Shown: positions 1-9,076 of the stretch, one piece after another
How the letters are laid out: each line of letters starts with the position of its first letter
Numbering within the stretch: the stretch's first letter is position 1
From: an uncultured Deferribacteraceae bacterium
GTDB taxonomy: Bacteria; Chrysiogenota; Deferribacteres; CAMZNJ01
Assembly: GCA_947313825.1 (NCBI GenBank)
Contig: CAMZNJ010000012.1
Location: forward strand, 1-61,628
Length of the DNA stretch: 61,628 nucleotides
Reading direction: 5' to 3'
Notes under the pieces: model-generated
The model's input: the letters and a program-made list of their open reading frames with translations, nothing else
Databases searched by the model: none
Told to the model about the DNA's origin: nothing
Made by a program: the position numbers and the translations under genes

Positions 1-138
1 TGTATCATGTATCATGTACCGTGTATCGGCTGAGTGTCTGAGCAGCTAAGCAGCTTGCCGGCACCTAAAAAACACCTACCATAACACAACTTGCCACTTT
101 TCTCAAGTAATAATACTAAACCGAAATAGTGTGTCAAC

Positions 139-777
139 TTAGTCTTTGCTAGGCAAAGAGGGTGTGCGGAACATATCGCTCAAGTTGATGTTGAAGAAGT
201 ATGTGCCAAGTCGAAGAATAACAATGAAGGCTATGACGAATAGTTGTAGTGCCGTGATGGCAATACCGTGGGCGTCAAGGGTGATGAGCCCAACATAGTA
301 CATGGCACCGCCAAGCAAGGCTGCTGAGGCATAAACCTCCTTACGCAAAACAAATGGTGTGTCCCCAGCCAAAACATCCCGTATCATCCCGCCACCTGTG
401 GCTGTAATCACGCCCATGAGAATGCAGGTGTACCAGTTCATACCCATGTCAAACCCTTTCTGCGTGCCGATTACAACGAAAACACCTAATCCAAGGGCAT
501 CAAAAATTACAACATATTTGTAAATATGATCCATGAACCTGTAAAGGGCATAACAGAAAATAATGGCAGCGATGATAATGTAGAGGTAGTTGACATCTTG
601 GAAAAATGCGGGGGGGGTTGACCCTAGGATAACGTCGCGGGTTACACCGCCACCGATGGCAACAGCGGCAGCTAAGGTGAAGGCACCGTAGAGGTCAAAC
701 TTTTTGTAAAAGGCTAGCATGACGCCACTGATGGCGAAAGCAAATACTCCGATGTAGTCCAATATTAGAAGTAGCAT
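139..777 (-). CDS. UPF0126 / TRIC-family (YadS/YicG-like) integral membrane channel protein
   Basis: 212-aa polytopic ORF built from two internal halves. Each half carries the glycine-rich GGGxxRD signature (AIGGGVTRDV and ATGGGMIRDV) typical of the paired UPF0126 domain. Confidence 0.8.
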   Translation of the reverse strand: MLLLILDYIGVFAFAISGVMLAFYKKFDLYGAFTLAAAVAIGGGVTRDVILGSTPPAFFQDVNYLYIIIAAIIFCYALYRFMDHIYKYVVIFDALGLGVFVVIGTQKGFDMGMNWYTCILMGVITATGGGMIRDVLAGDTPFVLRKEVYASAALLGGAMYYVGLITLDAHGIAITALQLFVIAFIVILRLGTYFFNINLSDMFRTPSLPSKD

Positions 778-801
778 GTTCCCCCCTGTTGCCCGTTGCT
801 C

Positions 802-1572
802 CTAGCCCCCAAGTGGCTGTGCCTGCCTTGAGTGTATCGTTTCCACTCGTGAGCACTGCTTTGCAACACTCGCACTATGAGTTACAACAACAATCGTAAC
901 TCCTTGCCTATTGAGATTGTGGAATATATTCATGATCATTTCAGAGTTTTCGTTGTCCAAGTTCCCAGTGGGTTCGTCGGCGAGTAGAACTGCGGGGTTG
1001 TTTGCCATGGCTCTTGCAATTGCAACTCGTTGCTGTTCCCCCCCTGATAGCTCTAGTGGGTAGTGTTCTTCTCGGTTAGCGAGCCCCATGGTTGCTAGCA
1101 GGTTGTAGGCTTTGTTTTTGGCTTCGTCATGTTCTTTGCCTTGTATCATCATGGGCATCATTACGTTTTCGCTAGCGGAGAGCTCGTTTAGCAGGAAGTG
1201 CGACTGAAACACAAACCCTACTTCTTTGCCCCTCATGTGAGCCAGTTCTTGTTTGTTGAGTGTGTTTAGTTGTCGTCCTTTGTATGTTATTGTTCCTGCT
1301 GTTGGGCTTTCGAGGGATCCCAGCATGTGCATGAGTGTTGATTTCCCTGCCCCCGACGCTCCAACTATTGCGATCATTTCGCCCTGCTGAATCTCCATGT
1401 TGTAGTTATCGAAAACCACAACTTCACCAGTACGATTGTGGTGGTATGTTTTCACAATTTTTTGAGCCTGAAAAATTGCCCCCTTAGGTGTGGCATTGTC
1501 GAACGTTTCGAACGGTGATGTGTGTTGTTGAGCGTTTTTTTTGCTATTGAGGAAGTTGAGTTTATGAATCAT
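802..1572 (-). CDS. lolD: Lipoprotein-releasing system ATP-binding protein LolD (ABC ATPase)
   Basis: Walker A GASGAGKST, ABC signature [14 protein letters not shown] and Walker B LLADEPTGNLD. Lies immediately downstream of, and overlapping, a LolC/E-type permease gene. The ATG at 1572 (MIHKL) is preferred over the maximal ORF start at 1608, which would overlap lolC by 47 nt. Confidence 0.85.
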   Translation of the reverse strand: MIHKLNFLNSKKNAQQHTSPFETFDNATPKGAIFQAQKIVKTYHHNRTGEVVVFDNYNMEIQQGEMIAIVGASGAGKSTLMHMLGSLESPTAGTITYKGRQLNTLNKQELAHMRGKEVGFVFQSHFLLNELSASENVMMPMMIQGKEHDEAKNKAYNLLATMGLANREEHYPLELSGGEQQRVAIARAMANNPAVLLADEPTGNLDNENSEMIMNIFHNLNRQGVTIVVVTHSASVAKQCSRVETIHSRQAQPLGG

Positions 1573-2920
1573 CGCGAATACCCTCCAAAGGCTCCATCTT
1601 GCTTGCATGCTTTGCGGGGAAGTACGCTGCCAGCAGTGTGATGATTAGGGAGCTGATGGATACAATCACAAATGCACTTGGTATAATCTGAATGGGGATG
1701 GTGTCCACATTGTAAACCGATTCGGACAGTTCGATGATTTTGTATTTGCCCAAGATGTAGGATAGTACTAGTGCGATAATGTTTCCGAGAATAGTGCCGG
1801 TCAGCCCTAGGAAGAATCCGAGTCGTAGGAAGATATTGGTGATGCTTCTGTCAGTGGCACCCATGGATTTCATAATACCTATGTCCCGTTTTTTGTCGCG
1901 AGTGGTTACAGCCACCACACTTGCAATGTTGAAGGACGACACAACAATGATAATGATTAGGATGAGGAACATGGCGGCTTCTTCAAGCTTTAGTGCAGCG
2001 AATAGGGAGCTGTTGAGGCTTAGCCAGTCTTTTGCCGAAAATATAATGCCCAGTTTGTCGTTGATGGCGTCAGCCGTTTGTGCTGCGTGTTTGAAGCTGT
2101 TTGTTTTCACTGAGAACCCTGATATTTGGTCGTTAAACCCGTAAAACTGCTGTGCAGAGTTTAATGACATGTAGAGTAACGCCGCGTCGTATTCGTAAAC
2201 GCCTGAGCTAAATATTGCCACAACAACAAACTTCTGCACCTTGGGCACAAATCCAAACGGTGTCGATGCCCCGTTGGGGGAAAGCAGTTCGATGACGTCG
2301 CCGATACCCAGTCCGAGGTTGGTTGCTGCCACCGATCCTATTGCGATTGTGGGCAGGCTGAGTAGTGTTATCGGTTTGCTTTCGGGTAAGCCCTCGGGGT
2401 TAATGTTGCTCCCCCCTAGGATGGCGTTTTCGCCAACAAATCCGTCTATCACTTCTTTTGCTTTGTCGTAGTTGTCCATGGCGAGGAAGTCGCCCAGTAT
2501 GATGCTGTCCCCCACGTTGCTAACCAGCACCTCTTCTTCAGGGATGACTGCTCGCACGGATATCCCTTGGAAGAGGTTACCGTACTGCACAAGGGATTGG
2601 CTCATGATGAATGGTGAAACCGCCTTGACACCTTCAACCGCCTCAATATCCTCTTGGACGTAGTACCAGTCGGGGATGAGCGTCATGGACGCTTTGTTTA
2701 CGATAATATGTGAGTTTGCACCGACGATCTTATCACGCAGTATATTTGAGAACCCCGACATGACATTAATGGTCATGATGAGTGTTGCCACTCCAAGGGT
2801 GATGCCGATGATGGACGTTAGCGATATGAACGACACTAGGGCTGAGTGCCTATTTTTGCGGTACTTTCGTGATATAAATTTCTCAAATTTCAAGGTAAAA
2901 CACTCCAGCGTACAAAGCAA
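1562..2920 (-). CDS. lolC: LolC/LolE-family lipoprotein-releasing system permease (FtsX/MacB-type)
   Basis: 452 aa. N-terminal RKYRKNRHSALVSFISLTSIIGITLGVATL matches the LolC/E N-terminus. A large periplasmic domain sits between TM1 and TM2, and there is a C-terminal FtsX 3-TM bundle. Only one permease gene is adjacent to lolD. Confidence 0.85.
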   Translation of the reverse strand: MLCTLECFTLKFEKFISRKYRKNRHSALVSFISLTSIIGITLGVATLIMTINVMSGFSNILRDKIVGANSHIIVNKASMTLIPDWYYVQEDIEAVEGVKAVSPFIMSQSLVQYGNLFQGISVRAVIPEEEVLVSNVGDSIILGDFLAMDNYDKAKEVIDGFVGENAILGGSNINPEGLPESKPITLLSLPTIAIGSVAATNLGLGIGDVIELLSPNGASTPFGFVPKVQKFVVVAIFSSGVYEYDAALLYMSLNSAQQFYGFNDQISGFSVKTNSFKHAAQTADAINDKLGIIFSAKDWLSLNSSLFAALKLEEAAMFLILIIIIVVSSFNIASVVAVTTRDKKRDIGIMKSMGATDRSITNIFLRLGFFLGLTGTILGNIIALVLSYILGKYKIIELSESVYNVDTIPIQIIPSAFVIVSISSLIITLLAAYFPAKHASKMEPLEGIRDDS

Positions 2921-3180
2921 TGCCCAATCATACTACAGTTTCTACACTTTTGTAAACCACTTTTGCAAGCCTTTTTGCAAGCCATTTTGCACCAATCGGG
3001 AAGTTTGTATTAAATAGAAAACAATATGCTTGCCTTATTTTTGTTGCTAGTGTAAACTCAGTAGGTAATTATAAAGCAGTTTTCAAATTACGCTAAGTAA
3101 CATAAGTCGCACGGCATGAATTACGGTCGCACGGCATAAAAAACAACACGATACACGTATATTTTAACGGAGGTTTTCAT

Positions 3181-4161
3181 ATGTCAAACATACCAAGAAC
3201 GAAAATAGCACTCATCGGTGCAGGTCAAATCGGTGGAGTGCTGGCTCAGCTCATATCGGAGCGAGGTTTGGGAGACGTGGTACTCGTTGATATCATGGGA
3301 GACGTTGCCCGCGGAAAGGCTCTGGATATCGCCGAAGGGGCACTCGTAACCCGCTCCACAGTCAACATCGAAGGCACCGAAGACTATGCCCGTATTCAAG
3401 GTGCACACATCGTTATTGTTACCGCAGGACTTCCACGCAAACCGGGGATGAGTCGCGATGACCTCATCGGCGTTAACGCCAAAATCATCGTGTCCGCTGG
3501 CACAAACATCAAGAAATACGCACCTGAGGCTGTTGTCATCGTGGTTTCCAACCCCATGGATACCATGACCACACTCATGCAACACGTTACACAATTCCCA
3601 AAACATCGTGTTCTCGGTCAGGGAGGCGTACTGGATTCGTCGCGATTTGCCACATTCCTATCGTGGGAACTAGGCGTTGCCGTAGAGGATATCCACTCCA
3701 TGGTTTTTGGCGGACACGGCGACACCATGGTGCCACTAGTGGATTACGCAACGGTGCAAGGTGTGCCTGCCATGGTTCTGCTCACCCAAAAATACAATGG
3801 CGACAAAACCAAAGCCCAAGAAGTTATGGACGCTATTGTTAAACGTACGGCTGGTGCTGGTGGTGAAGTTGTTGGGTTGCTCAAAACAGGCTCAGCATTC
3901 TACTCCCCCGCTGTGTCTGCGTTGACCATGGCTGAGAGCATTATTCGCGATCAAAAACGTGTCCTACCATGTTGCGTAATGTGTGAAACCGAGTACAACG
4001 CTGGCGGTCATTACACCGGTGTCGCAGCTGTACTGGGTCATGGTGGTGTTGAGTCCATCCTAGAGGTACCACTCTCCAAAAAAGAGGCAGAGCTACTCAA
4101 AATATCCATTGATGCATGCAAAGAGAATATTCAAGCTTTGAAAACCCTAGGCTTCATGTAA
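3181..4161 (+). CDS. mdh: Malate dehydrogenase, LDH-like family
   Basis: N-terminal Rossmann motif [12 protein letters not shown], followed by [19 protein letters not shown] and the GGHGDTMVP catalytic-loop region. GGAGG Shine-Dalgarno 8 nt upstream of the ATG. Confidence 0.92.
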   Translation: MSNIPRTKIALIGAGQIGGVLAQLISERGLGDVVLVDIMGDVARGKALDIAEGALVTRSTVNIEGTEDYARIQGAHIVIVTAGLPRKPGMSRDDLIGVNAKIIVSAGTNIKKYAPEAVVIVVSNPMDTMTTLMQHVTQFPKHRVLGQGGVLDSSRFATFLSWELGVAVEDIHSMVFGGHGDTMVPLVDYATVQGVPAMVLLTQKYNGDKTKAQEVMDAIVKRTAGAGGEVVGLLKTGSAFYSPAVSALTMAESIIRDQKRVLPCCVMCETEYNAGGHYTGVAAVLGHGGVESILEVPLSKKEAELLKISIDACKENIQALKTLGFM

Positions 4162-4211
4162 GAGTGTTGCCACTAGGAGGTGCACAGGGCACGGGTATTA
4201 CCACTGTCGCC

Positions 4212-4322
4212 CTGCTTGCACTTGCGTTTACGTAGCCTGCTTGCGTTTACGTAGCATGCTTGCATGTGCGTTTACGTAGCCTGCTTGCATGTGCGTTTAC
4301 GTAGCATGTTTGCGTTTACGTC
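4212..4322. repeat. Intergenic tandem repeat, 21/25-nt unit GCGTTTACGTAGC(C/A)TGCTTGC(ATGT), about 4.5 copies
   Basis: Read directly from the sequence. Lies in the convergent spacer between the mdh stop and the astacin stop. Confidence 0.85.
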
Positions 4323-4346
4323 CATGAAAGAACGCCATGCACCGCC

Positions 4347-7337
4347 CTAGTTGGTGTACCAATTCTGCACAGCCGAACCGTCGCAAGGTGATAAGGTATC
4401 GATGTATGGGGCACGTCCATGGTTGAAGGAGTTTGTCGACTGGAAATACTTCACACCGTTGCACCCAACAACGTCTTTTTTGAGGAAGAACACATTGTAG
4501 TGCATAATTGAAGATACGTCGTAGTTAGGTGAGCCCACTGTTCGTTGAATATCTTTGTACGTAAACAGAGGTGTTTGTGTTTGCACTTTCCCCACAATGC
4601 GTACTTTAATTTCGGCACCACCGGCAAAGTTGTAGAGTGGTATTTTGCCGAAGTTTGTTGTATCGCTAGCGTCTTGCGAGGATACTGTGATGTATTCGTC
4701 CCTGTCGTAACGTTGGTGTTCGTGCCATGCTCCCAGCACGTGTCCAAGTTCGTGTAGAGCCGTTGCATTTACAACCGAGTCGGGGTATATTCCATGGTAG
4801 TTTGCCACTGTGTTTTGTGTGTCTAGTGTTAGGGTATTGATGTGGTTTGGGTTGGTTCCTGTGCCTATGTTTGCAAGTCCGAAACCGCCGGCGTTCCCTG
4901 TTCTGTAGTCCACCACAAAGCCGCTTGCCGTGGGGTTTGGAGTGTTGGTTACGTTAACAAACTGCACTTTGCCACCTGTGGCATTTGTCCATTCGCCCAT
5001 TGCCCTTATCAGTGCTGTTTTGTGTTCGGGGAGGATATTGCTGTCCCATCGGTAGCGTATAATACCTTTTGGCCATAGGTTCGTGCGTTCTTTGTCGTAA
5101 AATACCTTTGAGGTAATGAGCCCGTCGCCATAAATTGCGTTCCCAGTGGTTGTAAGCACTATGCCGTTCTCTTTGGCAACAGTTTTCATCTCGCTGAATA
5201 TTTTTGTAAGATCTTCGCCACGATTTTCAGCAATAATTAGTTTGAGTTTGATCGTATTCTCGATAGTGCCGTCGTTGTTGATGAGAATATCCCTGTCGAA
5301 GGTAACCCTGTCCCCCGTCAGGCTAATACTGGCAACACTTCGCAAGTCGTCGTCGCTAGGTTTGAGGTTGCCCCTTAGGTTGTTGTATTTTAGGCGGAGT
5401 GCGTTCATTTCGTCGGTGTAGAACACAGTAATCGTATTGCCGTTGGCGTCGGTTTTTTCTCTGCTTAAGGATTGTGTTTGCCCCCCGAGCCTGTCGTTGA
5501 TAACGTCGTTGGTTGTTGGGTAGTTCCCTGTGCGAGCGAAGTAGCTGCTGAGGTATTCGTCAGATGTTTGGGAGTCGGTGGCATAGGATTGCACAATTGC
5601 TAGGGTTTCGTTGATTTCGTCAGCTTCTAGGCTCAATTCGTCCCTGTATGCCTTTGCCACGTTGGTTGTTAGCACCGACATACCGCCGCCGCCACCACCA
5701 CTATCACCACCACTATCACCACTATCACCACTATCACCACTATCACCACCGCTATCGCCACTACCACTGTACCAGCTGAAAACAGCGGAGCTATCGCAAG
5801 GGGAGAGTGTGTTAATGTATGGTGATCGTCCTTTGTTTGGTGAGTTTACTGACTTGAGATAGGTTACGCCGTTGCACCCCACAACGTCTTTTTTGAGTAG
5901 GAAGCCGTTGTAGTGCATGATGGATGATATGTCGTAGTTTGGCGATCCTATGGTATTTTTGCCATTGTCGGGTGTAAACAGGATGGTGCTTAGTTCCACA
6001 TCTCTGACAACGCGTGCTTTCCTCTCTGCCCCCATTGCGTAGTTGTAGTACGACACCCTACCGTAATTTACGATATCAGCTCTGTTTTCATCGGTAACGA
6101 TAATATATTTGTCTCTGTCGTATCGTTGGTGTTCGTGCCATGCACCTATCACATGACCTATTTCGTGCAGTGCTGTTGCTTCTACTACAGATTCGTCGTA
6201 TTTCCCTTTGTAGTTTGCTTTTGTGTTTCGATAATCGAGCACTAGTTTTGTTGGTTCGGTGAGGTCGTTGTATGTGCCGATATTTGCCCATCCGAAACCG
6301 TTTGCTTCCCCGGTTTCGTAGTCCACCACAGCACCACCGGCAAAGGGGTTTTCCAGATTGGTTACGTCTAGAAATTGGATACTGTTCCTCCCTGCTCCAG
6401 CTTCCCATTCGTTCATTGCTTTGATTAGTGCTGCTTTGTGTTCGGGGATGACGCTGTCGTCCCATCGGTAGCGGATAATTCCGTCTTTCCATAGGTTTGT
6501 GCGTCTTTTGGAGTAGAATGCTTTTGCAACTTGATACCCTTCTTCTGAGGCATCGTCGTTGTTGAGGAGTGTGTCGCCGTGATCGTGGTCGTGGTCATCG
6601 TCGTTGTAATAGTTGTATGCTGTTCCAAGTTGAACACCCCTGTTTTCGGCAACGGTTTTTAGTTCTTCGAATACTTCGGTGATATTTTCGTTACGACTTT
6701 CGGCAATGATGAGTAGTAGGTTGATTGTGTTGGCTATGTCGCCGTCGTTTTTGATGAGTATGTCCCTGTCGAAAATAACGTTTTCGCCGTTTACGTTAAT
6801 TTCGGGCACACTCATTAGTTCGTCAGTTGTAGGTCTTAATGCCTTAGCGTGTCCGTTGTATTTTGTTGCGAGGGTGCGTATTTCGTCTCTGTATGAGAGT
6901 GTTACGGTGTTGCCTTCGTCGTCGATGTAGTCTCTGATTAGGTTCGCGGCGTTGCTTCCGAGTCGATCGCCCACAATGTCGCCGATAGTTGGTGTATCTC
7001 CGCCCCTTCTGTTTGTGAAGTCAGCAATATACTCTTCGGTGGTGAGCCCATCGGTGGCATACTCTTGGATGATTTCTAGTGTTGAGTTCAGTTCGTTTGC
7101 GTCTAAGTTGAGAGATATTGCGTAAGCTTTGGCTACGTCGCTTTCTAGTGTTTCGGGAACGATTGTGCTTCCGTTGCCATCGTCGGCAATGTAGAAAACC
7201 GGTTTGTCGTCGGTGGTATTTTCGGCAACATTCGTTGTTAATCCGCACCCGGCAACAGCCATAGCAATGATGAATAGCGAGGATACCCCCACGTACATCT
7301 TTATAGCCCGTCTTTTGGTAGTGAAGTATGACGACAT
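4347..7337 (-). CDS. Tandem-duplicated (two-headed) astacin-family M12A zinc metalloprotease, predicted lipoprotein
   Basis: Two copies of the extended astacin zinc signature HExxHxxGxxHExxRxDRD (HEIGHVIGAWHEHQRYDRD and HELGHVLGAWHEHQRYDRD), each followed by the Met-turn SIMHY. The N-terminus has a basic n-region and lipobox AVAGC. The halves are joined by a (GDS)n/poly-G linker. AAGGAG lies 7 nt upstream of the ATG at 7337; the maximal ORF starts at a GTG at 7343. Confidence 0.85.
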   Translation of the reverse strand: MSSYFTTKRRAIKMYVGVSSLFIIAMAVAGCGLTTNVAENTTDDKPVFYIADDGNGSTIVPETLESDVAKAYAISLNLDANELNSTLEIIQEYATDGLTTEEYIADFTNRRGGDTPTIGDIVGDRLGSNAANLIRDYIDDEGNTVTLSYRDEIRTLATKYNGHAKALRPTTDELMSVPEINVNGENVIFDRDILIKNDGDIANTINLLLIIAESRNENITEVFEELKTVAENRGVQLGTAYNYYNDDDHDHDHGDTLLNNDDASEEGYQVAKAFYSKRRTNLWKDGIIRYRWDDSVIPEHKAALIKAMNEWEAGAGRNSIQFLDVTNLENPFAGGAVVDYETGEANGFGWANIGTYNDLTEPTKLVLDYRNTKANYKGKYDESVVEATALHEIGHVIGAWHEHQRYDRDKYIIVTDENRADIVNYGRVSYYNYAMGAERKARVVRDVELSTILFTPDNGKNTIGSPNYDISSIMHYNGFLLKKDVVGCNGVTYLKSVNSPNKGRSPYINTLSPCDSSAVFSWYSGSGDSGGDSGDSGDSGDSGGDSGGGGGGMSVLTTNVAKAYRDELSLEADEINETLAIVQSYATDSQTSDEYLSSYFARTGNYPTTNDVINDRLGGQTQSLSREKTDANGNTITVFYTDEMNALRLKYNNLRGNLKPSDDDLRSVASISLTGDRVTFDRDILINNDGTIENTIKLKLIIAENRGEDLTKIFSEMKTVAKENGIVLTTTGNAIYGDGLITSKVFYDKERTNLWPKGIIRYRWDSNILPEHKTALIRAMGEWTNATGGKVQFVNVTNTPNPTASGFVVDYRTGNAGGFGLANIGTGTNPNHINTLTLDTQNTVANYHGIYPDSVVNATALHELGHVLGAWHEHQRYDRDEYITVSSQDASDTTNFGKIPLYNFAGGAEIKVRIVGKVQTQTPLFTYKDIQRTVGSPNYDVSSIMHYNVFFLKKDVVGCNGVKYFQSTNSFNHGRAPYIDTLSPCDGSAVQNWYTN
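5685..5768. repeat. In-frame 9-nt tandem repeat (ACTATCACC on + strand) encoding the (GDS)n/poly-G linker between the two astacin modules
   Basis: Read directly from the sequence. The translated linker is SGSGDSGGDSGDSGDSGDSGGDSGGGGGG. Confidence 0.85.
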
Positions 7338-7517
7338 AAGCACTCTCCTTAAAGCCCCTAGAGCATTGCTTTATTCTACTATTTTAACCCATTTAAAGTA
7401 AAGAAAAATTAGTCCACTTGTATTTTGTGTCTTTTGTTGTTAGAATGTGAATTAGGTGCAAACAAAATAATACACGTAATTTACGACTCTGCTAATTACG
7501 TTTAGGTTCTATTTTTT

Positions 7518-8183
7518 ATGATACGCTTTCAAGATGTCTCCCTATCTTTTATAAAAGGGGAAAACATTCTAACAGACATTACGTTTCAGGCACAACGTGG
7601 CTCGTTTACGTATATTTCTGGTCGATCTGGTGCAGGCAAAACCACACTTTTACGCCTAATTTATGCCGACCTCAAGCCTAGTGGCGGGATTGTCAATATT
7701 GCTGGCAACGATATTACTGGTATGTCCCCACGCCTTGTTCCCTTTCTTCGTCGCCAAATCGGTATCGTATTCCAAGACTTCAAGCTTATTGAAGATAGCA
7801 CTGTTTACGAAAATGTCAAACTCCCACTGGATATATTCCGCCTCTCACGCCCTGTCATGGACGAAAAAATAGACGCTCTCCTCCATCGCCTTGGCATCAT
7901 CAACATTAAATTTGCCACTGTTCGCACCCTTTCTGGTGGTGAGAAACAACGTGTTGCCATTGCACGAGCCCTGATTAACGAGCCGTTCATTATTATCGCA
8001 GACGAGCCCACCGGCAACGTTGACGTGGAGAACGCTTACGCCATCACCGAGCTTTTACACAATGTGGCGAAAAACGGCACCACAGTTCTCATGGCAACCC
8101 ACGATCTACTCTTGAAGAAAATGTTCCCCGCACGCGAAATCTCCCTTGATCGGGGCAAACTGGTTTTGGATACAAAAATATGA
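7518..8183 (+). CDS. ftsE: Cell division ATP-binding protein FtsE
   Basis: 221-aa ABC ATPase with Walker [10 protein letters not shown], signature [15 protein letters not shown] and Walker [12 protein letters not shown]. Stop overlaps the start of an FtsX-type permease (ATGA). Confidence 0.88.
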   Translation: MIRFQDVSLSFIKGENILTDITFQAQRGSFTYISGRSGAGKTTLLRLIYADLKPSGGIVNIAGNDITGMSPRLVPFLRRQIGIVFQDFKLIEDSTVYENVKLPLDIFRLSRPVMDEKIDALLHRLGIINIKFATVRTLSGGEKQRVAIARALINEPFIIIADEPTGNVDVENAYAITELLHNVAKNGTTVLMATHDLLLKKMFPAREISLDRGKLVLDTKI

Positions 8184-9061
8184 CCAAGCTACTGCTACCA
8201 CTACAAAAAGGACTCAAAGTATTTTTCGGCAACCCCATGCTCACGTTTTTCTCCATCACGGTGCTAACGTCGGTCATACTAGTGTCGCAAATTTTCCTTG
8301 TCCTTGGCTTCAGCATCAACAACTACTTTCAAGGCTTAACCCTCATCTCTGAAGTTCGCCTGTACCTCGAGGACATCCCTGACGACAAAGCACAATCCCT
8401 TAGCAACAAAATCCTAGAGAACCCCAACGTAACCCATGTTCGTTACCTCAGCAAAGACCAAGTTTACCGTGCGTCTGTGTCCCTCAGTGGCGACGGTGTT
8501 TCCGACAAAGATGCCGCCCAATACTTCCCCGCCATGCTACTCATCGGCACACAGGTCAGCAATGGCGACACCTCTACCTTAGAGAGCATCATGGCAGAGT
8601 ACTCCCAGTCCGACGGTGTAATTTACGCCAGCTACGGCAAAGAGATAGTTTCAAAGCTCAAAATTTTATACTACTACATCTCTGCAGGTGTTCTCCTCCT
8701 CGGTGCCCTGCTATTCCTCGTCCTCACCTTCATCACCTACGTTGTCATCAAACTAACCCTGTACCGCTTAGCCAAAGAGATAGAAGTTTACAGCATCATC
8801 GGTGCCACCCCCCTCTTCATTAGCGTTGCCTACATCATGGACGTTACCATCAAGCTTGTTGTATCATTTGTTGCCGCCTACCTAATACTTCTCACCTTGG
8901 CATACTACACCCTCGCCGTCCTCCTCAACGTTGATTTCGCCTCGTACTTAGTTTACCCCCCCTTGTCGTACTTCCTCTACCTTTTCGTTGCCGTACTACT
9001 ATCGGGCATACTATCATCTTATGCTAGCGTGCGTAGCTTCATACGCTCCACACAGTCGTAA
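8180..9061 (+). CDS. ftsX: Cell division permease FtsX
   Basis: 293 aa with one N-terminal TM, a periplasmic domain and a C-terminal 3-TM FtsX bundle. Translationally coupled to ftsE and followed by an EnvC-like gene. Confidence 0.82.
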   Translation: MTKLLLPLQKGLKVFFGNPMLTFFSITVLTSVILVSQIFLVLGFSINNYFQGLTLISEVRLYLEDIPDDKAQSLSNKILENPNVTHVRYLSKDQVYRASVSLSGDGVSDKDAAQYFPAMLLIGTQVSNGDTSTLESIMAEYSQSDGVIYASYGKEIVSKLKILYYYISAGVLLLGALLFLVLTFITYVVIKLTLYRLAKEIEVYSIIGATPLFISVAYIMDVTIKLVVSFVAAYLILLTLAYYTLAVLLNVDFASYLVYPPLSYFLYLFVAVLLSGILSSYASVRSFIRSTQS

Positions 9062-9076
9062 GAGGAGGACGATAGC

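Noticed and set aside
6088-7248. Alternative-frame ORFs on the coding strand inside the astacin gene (134, 75 and 75 aa); analogous internal ORFs lie antisense in flagellin (34300-35283), arcC (15877-16448), arcB (18553-19071), pgk (38838-39377), bioF, kdsA, the permeases and lolC
   Set aside because: All lie within confidently identified genes on the same or the opposite strand. They have biased R/S/T/P-rich composition typical of off-frame translation and lack RBS.
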